Of a DNA stretch of 61,837 nt, positions 17,082 through 24,953 are shown piece by piece. The DNA is from Bacteroidota bacterium (GTDB lineage: Bacteria; Bacteroidota; Ignavibacteria; UBA10030; UBA8401). Below the pieces are notes generated by a model that saw only the letters and a list, made by a program, of their open reading frames with translations, made no database searches and was not told where the DNA came from. Each line of letters starts with the position of its first letter. Position 1 is the stretch's first letter. A program made the translations under genes and the position numbers. The stretch spans positions 1 to 61,837 of the forward strand of contig JAJYOI010000005.1 in NCBI GenBank assembly GCA_021796275.1. Direction: 5' to 3'.

Positions 17082-18533
17082 TCAGGCTTTTTTCCATGAA
17101 GTGCCGTCTTTGGTATCTTCTAAAACAACGCCGAGCGCTTTTAAGCGGTCACGGATTTTGTCGGAAAGCAGCCAAAATTTATTTTCGCGCGCTTCTTTCC
17201 TTGCGGCGAGAAGCAATTCTACCAACTGTGGTTCAATCATTCCATCAGTTTGCAATTGGGACGAAGCTGCTTTTTCACCAAACAAGCCAAGAATGTTGAC
17301 GCCATAATCGGTGAAAAATGTCTCGATCTGATGCAGCGATTCAAGTGAAATCCCATTTGGCTGTGCAAGAAGATCATTCACTGCGCGTGAAAGATCGAAG
17401 AGCGCCGCAATTGCCTGCGGAGTATTAAAGTCGTCGTCCATCGCTTCGGTGAATCGTTTACGATATTCTGCAAGGTCAAAAAGGGTTCCTTTACCGTTCT
17501 TTCCTTTTTTGATTTCTACACGAACACGTTGAACGGTATTCTGCAATTTCTCCAGCCCTTTTCCTGCCGCTTCAATTGCCTGCTCGCTGAAGTCTAATGT
17601 GCTTCGGTAATGGCTTTGCAGGATGAAAAATCGGATCACCAGCGGATCGAATTTCTTGAATGCGTCTTTCAGCGTAACAAAATTGCCAAGCGATTTTCCC
17701 ATTTTCTGGCCATTCACCGTCACCATATTATTGTGAAGCCAGTATTTTACAAACGGCTTGCCGGTTGAGCATTCGCTTTGTGCAATTTCACATTCGTGAT
17801 GCGGAAATTGATTCTCAATTCCGCCGCCGTGAATATCGAAGCTTTCCCCCAAATACTTCATTGACATGGACGAGCATTCAAGATGCCAGCCGGGATAGCC
17901 GCTGCCCCACGGGCTTGGCCACTGCATAATATGTTCCGGTTCCGCTTTTTTCCACAATGCAAAATCAGCGGGATGTCTTTTTTCCGACTTTACTTCAATA
18001 CGCGCTCCCGATTCCATTTCTTCGACATTGCGCCCGGAAAGTTTTCCGTACTCCGAAAACTTGTGGACATCAAAATAGACAGAACTATTCACTTCGTACG
18101 CGTAGCCGCCCGCAAGCAATTTTTTCACCATTTCGATCTGTTCAATGATGTGTCCGGTTGCGTGTGGAGAAATATCGGGACGTTGAATACCGAGCGCATC
18201 CATATCTTCGAAATAACTTCGCGTGTATAATTCCACTACTTGCATCGGATGAACACGGTCAAGTTTCGATTGCTTTTCAATCTTGTCTTCGCCCTGATCG
18301 GCATCGTCGGTGAGATGACCGACATCGGTAATGTTCTGCACGTACAAAACTTTGTAGCCGAGAAACCGAAGATAGCGAACAATGACATCGAACGACACAT
18401 AACTTTTCGCGTGACCAATATGTGAATCGCCGTACACTGTTGGTCCGCAAACATACATCCCAACGCGCCCCTCATGAATCGGTTTGAATGTTTCTTTTTG
18501 TCGTGCGAGTGTATTGTAGATTTGTAGGGGCAT
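17082..18533 (-). CDS. cysS: Cysteine--tRNA ligase
   Basis: 'YVCGPTVY..SHIGHA', 'DFALWK', 'PGWHLECS', 'FPHHECE', 'KMGKSLGN'. Confidence 0.98.
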   Translation of the reverse strand: MPLQIYNTLARQKETFKPIHEGRVGMYVCGPTVYGDSHIGHAKSYVSFDVIVRYLRFLGYKVLYVQNITDVGHLTDDADQGEDKIEKQSKLDRVHPMQVVELYTRSYFEDMDALGIQRPDISPHATGHIIEQIEMVKKLLAGGYAYEVNSSVYFDVHKFSEYGKLSGRNVEEMESGARIEVKSEKRHPADFALWKKAEPEHIMQWPSPWGSGYPGWHLECSSMSMKYLGESFDIHGGGIENQFPHHECEIAQSECSTGKPFVKYWLHNNMVTVNGQKMGKSLGNFVTLKDAFKKFDPLVIRFFILQSHYRSTLDFSEQAIEAAGKGLEKLQNTVQRVRVEIKKGKNGKGTLFDLAEYRKRFTEAMDDDFNTPQAIAALFDLSRAVNDLLAQPNGISLESLHQIETFFTDYGVNILGLFGEKAASSQLQTDGMIEPQLVELLLAARKEARENKFWLLSDKIRDRLKALGVVLEDTKDGTSWKKA

Positions 18534-18535
18534 AG

Positions 18536-20290
18536 CTATTTCATTCCCATCAGTTCACGTGCACCTTTCAATCCGGCTTCAGTCACTTCAGCACCGCTCA
18601 TCAATTTTGCAATTTCATGGACGCGTTCTTCAACGGAAAGTTTATGAAGCCGGGTCGTTGTCCGCTTTCCGTTTTCGATTTTCTCAACGGCAAAATGCGT
18701 GTCCGCAAGGCCGGCAATCTGCGGCAAATGCGTAATGGCGATGATCTGCGGAATTACCGCAAGCTTCTTCAAGCTCATGCCGACAGCTTGCCCGATTCTG
18801 CCGCTGACGCCGGTATCAATTTCATCGAAGATCATCAACGGCACGCGGTCGGATTGTGCGAGCGTTGATTTCAGCGCGAGCATTACGCGCGAAACTTCAC
18901 CGCCCGAGGCGACTTTTGCCAGCGGCTTCACATCTTCGCCGGCATTCGTTGAGAGATAAAATTCTACATTATCAACGCCGTGCAAGGTCGCCGCGAAATA
19001 TTCATTGCCGATCTTCAGCGCATCGTCGGGAATCTCGCCATCATTCTTCGCCCGCTCGATTTTCTTTTGCTCAATGTGCACTGAAAATTTTCCATTGGTA
19101 ATGCCAAGTTCGGCAAGCGAAGCGAGGATTGATTTTTCAATTTTTTTCACAGCTTCAACTCGCTTCGCCGAGAGCTTCTGCGCACGCTCTGAACATACAC
19201 TGCGCTGTTTTTGAATTGCAGCGGCAATCTTTGACAACTCGCTCTCAAAATTTTCAGCTAAAGAAAATTCTTCTCCAATGTTCTTCCGGTGTTCAATCAC
19301 GGTACCGAGCGAGCCGCCGTATTTCTTCTTCAATAAAATCAATTTTCCGAGGCGGTCACGCAGCATTTCCAAACGCTCGGGATTGAATTCAATTTTCTCC
19401 TTGTACTCGTGAAGAAATTTCGACAACTCCTCTACAATAATTTCCGCCGATTTTACTTCTCCGACAGAATCCGAAAACGCTGTATCAATTCCATTTAACA
19501 TTTCAAGTTGTTTTGATGCATGACCGAGCTGGTCGTGAAGTGAATTTTCACCGTCGTACATCATACCATAGAGCTGCGATGTCAACTCAAAAAGCTTCTC
19601 CGCATTTTCAAGCTTCTTCAACTCCGATTCGATTTGTTCTTCCTCATTTTCCTGCGGATTGACGGCGTCAATTTCGGTCATCTGAAATTCAAACAGACTT
19701 TTTTTCTCTTTAAGCTGTTGTTCTTTCTCGTGCAATTCACGCTTCGTGGCGCACAACTGCAAAAGTTCGCGGTACACCTTTTGATATTCCTCTAACAGCG
19801 GTCCGAGATTCCCGAAGTCGTCAAGAAAATCCACATGTGTTTCTGCGCGAAGAAGCGACTGGTGATCATGCTGACCATGAAGATCAATGAGCGCGTCGCC
19901 GATTTCCTTCAAGAGCGAAAGCGGCGCAGGCGTATCGTTGACAAAACACCGGCTTTGACCTTTCGCGGAAATTTCACGCCGGACAATCAGCTCGTCAGAC
20001 ACATCGTAGTCATTCTGTTTCAACAGCGAGGCAATCTTCTCAGCCATAGGCTGATCAGCCTTCGGCTGAGGCGCGCCGGAAACAACGAACACTCCTTCAA
20101 CAACGGCTTTCTCTTCTCCCTTGCGGACAACATCCGTGCTTGCACGTTCACCCAACAAAAGGCTGAGCGCATCAATCAAAATAGATTTTCCTGCGCCCGT
20201 TTCGCCCGTGATGATATTCAGTCCGCGCTCAAATTCGACAGAAATTTCTTCGATGAGCGCATAATTTTTGATGAAAAGAGACTTCAGCAT
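18536..20290 (-). CDS. recN: DNA repair protein RecN
   Basis: Walker A 'TGETGAGKS', 'HGQHDHQSL', 'VASGGEVSR', 'IFDEIDTGVSG', 'ITHLPQIA'. Confidence 0.97.
   Translation of the reverse strand: MLKSLFIKNYALIEEISVEFERGLNIITGETGAGKSILIDALSLLLGERASTDVVRKGEEKAVVEGVFVVSGAPQPKADQPMAEKIASLLKQNDYDVSDELIVRREISAKGQSRCFVNDTPAPLSLLKEIGDALIDLHGQHDHQSLLRAETHVDFLDDFGNLGPLLEEYQKVYRELLQLCATKRELHEKEQQLKEKKSLFEFQMTEIDAVNPQENEEEQIESELKKLENAEKLFELTSQLYGMMYDGENSLHDQLGHASKQLEMLNGIDTAFSDSVGEVKSAEIIVEELSKFLHEYKEKIEFNPERLEMLRDRLGKLILLKKKYGGSLGTVIEHRKNIGEEFSLAENFESELSKIAAAIQKQRSVCSERAQKLSAKRVEAVKKIEKSILASLAELGITNGKFSVHIEQKKIERAKNDGEIPDDALKIGNEYFAATLHGVDNVEFYLSTNAGEDVKPLAKVASGGEVSRVMLALKSTLAQSDRVPLMIFDEIDTGVSGRIGQAVGMSLKKLAVIPQIIAITHLPQIAGLADTHFAVEKIENGKRTTTRLHKLSVEERVHEIAKLMSGAEVTEAGLKGARELMGMK
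20040..20069. repeat. 30-bp double-hairpin palindromic element, in frame in recN (QPKADQPMAE)
   Basis: tcagcc-ata-ggctga + tcagcc-ttc-ggctga, two perfect 6-3-6 palindromes. Confidence 0.8.
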
Positions 20291-20433
20291 GGATGCAAAT
20301 TACACGGATTTTTAGAGAGATTCAAGGAAAACTGAGTATTGGCTTGACCTTCCAGAGGTAATTTTCTACTTTGGACAAGTTAAATCTTTGATTACTGCTC
20401 TCGATTTAATGCTTTCACGGAGAGGAACATATC

Positions 20434-20907
20434 ATGGTATTCATAATCATTTTCGCTTATGCAATCCTGTTTGGAGGTGTCACTTCTCTTGCTGCTAAGT
20501 CTCGCAACAGAGATCCTTTAACTTGGTTTTGGATTGGATTTGTCTTTGGAATTTTCGGCTTGATTGCAGTCTTGGTTATGCAAGATGGCAAAGAAGATGA
20601 TCAGTGGCCAACACAGCATTATTCAACAACATCTACAAGTCATAAACCACTGACAAAAAAATGCCCTGACTGCGCAGAGGAAATTAAATATGAAGCCAAA
20701 GTTTGCCACTTTTGTGGAAAACGATTTGATGAACAACAAAAAACTGTAACGGAGCCTATTCCAATGAAATCCATGACTAACAAAGAACCATCGTCCAATA
20801 AATCAGTAAGACTTAAAACCACTCGTTGTCCAAAATGCTACACAATGAATTATCGCGATGCCATGTTTTGTTCGGCTTGCGGCGCTTCAATCAATAACGA
20901 CGATTAA
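20434..20907 (+). CDS. Membrane protein with two zinc-ribbon domains
   Basis: Two hydrophobic N-terminal helices; 'CPDCAEEIKYEAKVCHFCG' and 'CPKCYTMNYRDAMFCSACG'; own promoter TTGACC-17-TACTTT (20344-20372) and gagg SD. Confidence 0.75.
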   Translation: MVFIIIFAYAILFGGVTSLAAKSRNRDPLTWFWIGFVFGIFGLIAVLVMQDGKEDDQWPTQHYSTTSTSHKPLTKKCPDCAEEIKYEAKVCHFCGKRFDEQQKTVTEPIPMKSMTNKEPSSNKSVRLKTTRCPKCYTMNYRDAMFCSACGASINNDD

Positions 20908-20954
20908 AAATTGAGCAACCGGATTGCTGAAGCCATATCACCCAAGGAGAATAT

Positions 20955-22442
20955 TTACAACACCGCCATCACTGACACACCGACAATCGCGCACACCCAA
21001 TTCACAATATCATTGTTAATCCAGCGAACGCCGCGAACCAGCGAAGTTTCTTTTTCACAATGCCGTTTTTTTTCTGTCACTTTCCCGCACATGACACAGC
21101 GATACTGCGCTTGAATTGTTGCGCCAAGAAAACTATCGGCGAGCGATCCTGCAATTCCCGAAAGGACGACGAACACAACGAGCCGCACATCAAGACCATA
21201 CCAAAAACTTCCGCTCAACGCAATCAGAAACGCACCGCATGCACCGCCGACAATTCCGGCAAGCGACACGCCGCCGCTTGTTCCGGTTTCAACACGCTTC
21301 ATTGTGAGAATTGAACGCGGTGAGGCGTGCGCCAGCACACCGATTTCCGTTCCCCATGTATCGGCAGTCACTGCGGCAAGCGATGCAAGATACAACGGAT
21401 ACCAAAACTCATTTGATGGAGCAACGTACCAGCACAGCATCAACATTCCTGTAACGCCGCCGTTCGCGGCAACTTGTCCGGCATCGCGCGTATCGGATTT
21501 TTCAAACAACAAGTCAAATGCAGATTTTCGTTTCTTTCCAAATTTTGAAAGCAGGCTCGACGCAACAAAAAAAGTGAGAATTGGGACTGTCCATTGCCAG
21601 CCGCCGATGCCGAAAATAATTGTCGCCAGCAAAAATGTCGCTGCCGAACCGCTCGGCTTCAGAAAATGAAATCGAAGCGAAACAACGGCAATCGTCGCGG
21701 CAAGAAAAATGCCCAGCAATAATTGTCCGGCATGATGATGCGGCAACGGTGTCAGTAAAAAATGGAGGATGAACGCCGCGGCAAGCGGAACGGTGAGATT
21801 ATCAAATCCTTTCGACGAAATCGCTTCCCACATCGTGGCAAACGACGCGACTGCAAACCCGGCAAGAACAAGAAACCCGATATTTGAAATTGCAGTCAAC
21901 GGATTGAAACGGAGCGCAAGCACTACGACGAGAAATGTTGCAACAAACATTGTGACGGATCCTTCGAGCGATTTTTTATCGCTCGTCAGAAAATAATTGT
22001 GAGGCGATGAAAGATTTCCGCCGACAATCGCAGCGGCGGCATCGCTGATTGCGAGCACGAGAATGGAAATCGAAATGATTGCCGGAGTTTCGTTCCAAAA
22101 CAAGAGAACAAGGATAAGAAATGCCAGCGGATAATAGACCGTGCCGTACGAGCGGCGATTTGTTCCATGCATTCCTTTCAACAAATCGAATCGTTCCGCC
22201 GCAAAATTGACAATAATAAAAATGAGAGCAAGAAGAATTGCCGGAATGCCTGAATTGAACAATTGAGGTGCAAAATAGATCAAAACGCCAGTGAGAATAT
22301 GAACGAGCTTTCGGGTTACTTCTGGAGATCTGTTGAATTTTTTTCTGACCAATTCAGCGGCAGCAATGAACAGCGCAATACCCGAAAGAAGAACAGCGAA
22401 GAGCATCCACTCAGAAAAACCGGGCGGGAAAAATAATTTCAT
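20955..22442 (-). CDS. Phytol/dolichol kinase-like domain fused to DUF92 (TMEM19) membrane protein
   Basis: 'TRKLVHILTG', 'SDAAAAIVG', 'KKSLEGS', 'GFDNLTVP'; DUF92 'RDAGQVAANGG', 'ADTWGTEIG', 'GTSGGVS', 'DSFLGATIQ'. Confidence 0.85.
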   Translation of the reverse strand: MKLFFPPGFSEWMLFAVLLSGIALFIAAAELVRKKFNRSPEVTRKLVHILTGVLIYFAPQLFNSGIPAILLALIFIIVNFAAERFDLLKGMHGTNRRSYGTVYYPLAFLILVLLFWNETPAIISISILVLAISDAAAAIVGGNLSSPHNYFLTSDKKSLEGSVTMFVATFLVVVLALRFNPLTAISNIGFLVLAGFAVASFATMWEAISSKGFDNLTVPLAAAFILHFLLTPLPHHHAGQLLLGIFLAATIAVVSLRFHFLKPSGSAATFLLATIIFGIGGWQWTVPILTFFVASSLLSKFGKKRKSAFDLLFEKSDTRDAGQVAANGGVTGMLMLCWYVAPSNEFWYPLYLASLAAVTADTWGTEIGVLAHASPRSILTMKRVETGTSGGVSLAGIVGGACGAFLIALSGSFWYGLDVRLVVFVVLSGIAGSLADSFLGATIQAQYRCVMCGKVTEKKRHCEKETSLVRGVRWINNDIVNWVCAIVGVSVMAVL

Positions 22443-22448
22443 CTGTGG

Positions 22449-23489
22449 TCAAGCCGGGATAGAAGTCGAACGCACCGAACGCGAGCCGGCAATTTCAAAC
22501 AGCAAGATATCCATCACGACATGCGGATCGCCGGAAGAAGTTTTCAATTGTTCGTCGGCGCGCGTGAGTGTCAGCAGTGCGTCTTCAACAGCGCTGCGTG
22601 AATAATGTTTCAAATGTTCGAGATATTCTTTGAGGAAATAGGGGTGAACGCCCACTTTTTTTGCCATTTCTGCCGGTATCACACGTTCTGCATTCAGTTG
22701 ATGCAGGCGCCATAAAATGCCAAAGTGACGGGCAAGCATCGCTACCATGCCCGCCGGCGCTTCGCCGACATCTATCATGCGTGCACAAATGCTCAACGCT
22801 TTCGAAAGATTTTTTTCTCCGACGGCGCGAGTCAGCTCGAATATTGAAAACTCCCGCGACATACCGACAATAGATTGGACGTCGCTTGTTTCAATCTTAG
22901 CCTTCGAGCCTACAGCGATGAACAGTTTTTCAAGCTCATTATTCAATTCACGCAATGACGTACCAACATACGTGAGAAGTATTTCTGCCGCTTCGGGCGC
23001 AATGTGTGTCCCTATTGCTGCGGCGCGCCTTTGTACCCATGATGGAATTTCGTATTCGCGCAGCGGCACCACTTCGCCGCCGATTGCGTGCTGTTTCAAA
23101 TAAGCATAGACCTTCTTGCGCATATCAACTTTTGCGGCAGCAAGAAACAAGCTTGTGGAAGGCGAAGGGTGTTCGATGTACGACAAGAACGGATCGAGTT
23201 CCGTCGTGCGTTCAAAATCGCGCACGATAACAACGCGCCGCTCTCCCATCATCGGAAACGACGACGCAAGGGAAACGATATCTTTCCCTTCAATATCGTT
23301 GCCATGGATAATATCAAGATTGAATTGGCGCGAAGCGGAATCGACGGCGTTGGCAACAAGCGCATCCGCAACTTCGTCAATCAGAAAATCTTCCTGTCCA
23401 TAGAAAAAATACAGCGGCGCAAATTTGTGATTCCTGATATCATCAAGAATCATGTCGAGAGGAATTTTTTCTTTCGAGGTCTTTGCCAT
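22449..23489 (-). CDS. holA: DNA polymerase III delta subunit
   Basis: 'YFFYGQEDFLID', 'FNLDI.HG', 'SFPMMGERRVVIV', 'NELEKL'; ATG at 23489 preferred over the TTG at 23510. Confidence 0.92.
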   Translation of the reverse strand: MAKTSKEKIPLDMILDDIRNHKFAPLYFFYGQEDFLIDEVADALVANAVDSASRQFNLDIIHGNDIEGKDIVSLASSFPMMGERRVVIVRDFERTTELDPFLSYIEHPSPSTSLFLAAAKVDMRKKVYAYLKQHAIGGEVVPLREYEIPSWVQRRAAAIGTHIAPEAAEILLTYVGTSLRELNNELEKLFIAVGSKAKIETSDVQSIVGMSREFSIFELTRAVGEKNLSKALSICARMIDVGEAPAGMVAMLARHFGILWRLHQLNAERVIPAEMAKKVGVHPYFLKEYLEHLKHYSRSAVEDALLTLTRADEQLKTSSGDPHVVMDILLFEIAGSRSVRSTSIPA

Positions 23490-23510
23490 AGAGCTAACGC
23501 CAGACGGCAA

Positions 23511-24209
23511 TCACTTTACGTACACTTTTTTCATCACCACCGGCGTTAAAGGATTGTCGCGTTGGTCGCGGGGAACCGCAACGATCTTATCCACGACATC
23601 CATGCCGTCAACAACTTTTCCGAACACGGTATATTGTCCGTCAAGAAAATGCGCCGGGGCAACGGTGATGTAGAATTGGCTTCCGTTCGAGCGGCGTTCG
23701 GGGTTCACCGCATCACCCTGACGCGCGGCAGCAACAACGCCGCGGTCATGCGGCACACCAATCTCTGCTTCAATCGTGTAACCGGGACCGCCCAAGCCGT
23801 CGTTCGAGCGGTCGTTGTCTTTCGAATTCGGATCGCCGCCCTGAATCATGAACCCGGGAATGACGCGGTGAAATGTTGTACCGTTATAAAATCCTTCCCG
23901 TGCAAGCTTTCGGAAATTCGCGGAATGTTTCGGCGCTTTGTCATCGAATAATTGAATGGTGATGGTGCCCATCGTCGTTTCAATGACAACAAAGCCTTTT
24001 TCTTTTTCCGCAGTCTTTGACTCGGTTTTCGATTTATTGTCTGTTTTCGCCACAGCTTTTTTAGCCTTCAATGTTTTTGATTTCTTTTGCGCCGGTTTGT
24101 CTGCCGTCTGTTTGGCAGAAGGCGCATCCGCCTTTGGCGGAGTTAACTGTGAATTTGCCGCCGTCGTCAGAATCAGCAGTACACACAGCACGGCAGAAAT
24201 ATATTTCAT
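23511..24209 (-). CDS. Exported cyclophilin-type peptidyl-prolyl isomerase
   Basis: 'FYNGTTFHRVIPGFMIQGGDP', 'GSQFYI', 'LDGQYTVFGKVVDGMDVVDKI'; signal peptide and Lys-rich linker. Confidence 0.93.
   Translation of the reverse strand: MKYISAVLCVLLILTTAANSQLTPPKADAPSAKQTADKPAQKKSKTLKAKKAVAKTDNKSKTESKTAEKEKGFVVIETTMGTITIQLFDDKAPKHSANFRKLAREGFYNGTTFHRVIPGFMIQGGDPNSKDNDRSNDGLGGPGYTIEAEIGVPHDRGVVAAARQGDAVNPERRSNGSQFYITVAPAHFLDGQYTVFGKVVDGMDVVDKIVAVPRDQRDNPLTPVVMKKVYVK
24112..24141. repeat. 30-bp double-hairpin element, partly degenerate, in frame in the cyclophilin gene (PPKADAPSAK)
   Basis: Perfect tccgcc-ttt-ggcgga (24127-24141) next to the degenerate unit ttggca-gaa-ggcgca. Confidence 0.55.
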
Positions 24210-24235
24210 TATTATTTTTCTCCTTGCTCACTTCG

Positions 24236-24919
24236 TTAAAAATAGTAGGTTAACCCGAATATCAAGCCAACGGAGAATAGAGACAACGATGCAGCGAATC
24301 CTTGATTCTGAAGCGCAGCGCCATGATCGTCTTTCACCGTTCCCAAAAATTCCCAGCGCATATCTCCGGCAACGTAACCATAAAGATGTTCGTCAAATGC
24401 CGTCTGGCCAACTGCCTCTAATTTTACGCCGATACCTTTTGCATGGTACTGTGAAGTTCCACCGTACACAGCATTGGTGGCCGTCACGGTGCCCAGATGA
24501 TATCCCGCACCGCCGCCGAGCTTCACAAAATACCCTTTTCCCAGAATAACATACTGAGCAATCAACGTCGGCATTGTCACATTGTAAAGCAGATTGGAAA
24601 TTCCCGCGGCGTTCGATGCGAAATTGTATGACTTGAAGAGATATGCATATTCAACCTTTGCTCCCCATTCATCGCTTACCGGAAATTCACACGCACCAAA
24701 AAAATCTACCGCTGTCGCAAAATCGCTCGCACGGTCTGTCGAATAAGAAAACGAATTAATGTAATTCACCATGCCGGGATCGGCTGCGACATTGATGCCC
24801 ATTCCGGCGGCAAGCGCAAAACTGTTGGAATGTTCCGCCGGCACAATGGTTTGCGCCCAGACACACAACGGAATGACTGTTGCGAAAAAAGAAAAAAATA
24901 ATCGCGCTGTACTTTTCAT
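24236..24919 (-). CDS. Outer-membrane beta-barrel protein, function unknown
   Basis: Signal peptide, alternating strands, C-terminal 'FGLTYYF'. Confidence 0.7.
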   Translation of the reverse strand: MKSTARLFFSFFATVIPLCVWAQTIVPAEHSNSFALAAGMGINVAADPGMVNYINSFSYSTDRASDFATAVDFFGACEFPVSDEWGAKVEYAYLFKSYNFASNAAGISNLLYNVTMPTLIAQYVILGKGYFVKLGGGAGYHLGTVTATNAVYGGTSQYHAKGIGVKLEAVGQTAFDEHLYGYVAGDMRWEFLGTVKDDHGAALQNQGFAASLSLFSVGLIFGLTYYF

Positions 24920-24953
24920 AATATTGAACAACCGCCGCTTTCTGCGGACAGGA

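Noticed and set aside
20908-20920. aaattgagcaacc after the zinc-ribbon gene, similar to the right IR motif
   Set aside because: No matching left IR or target duplication found; too short to support a mobile element.
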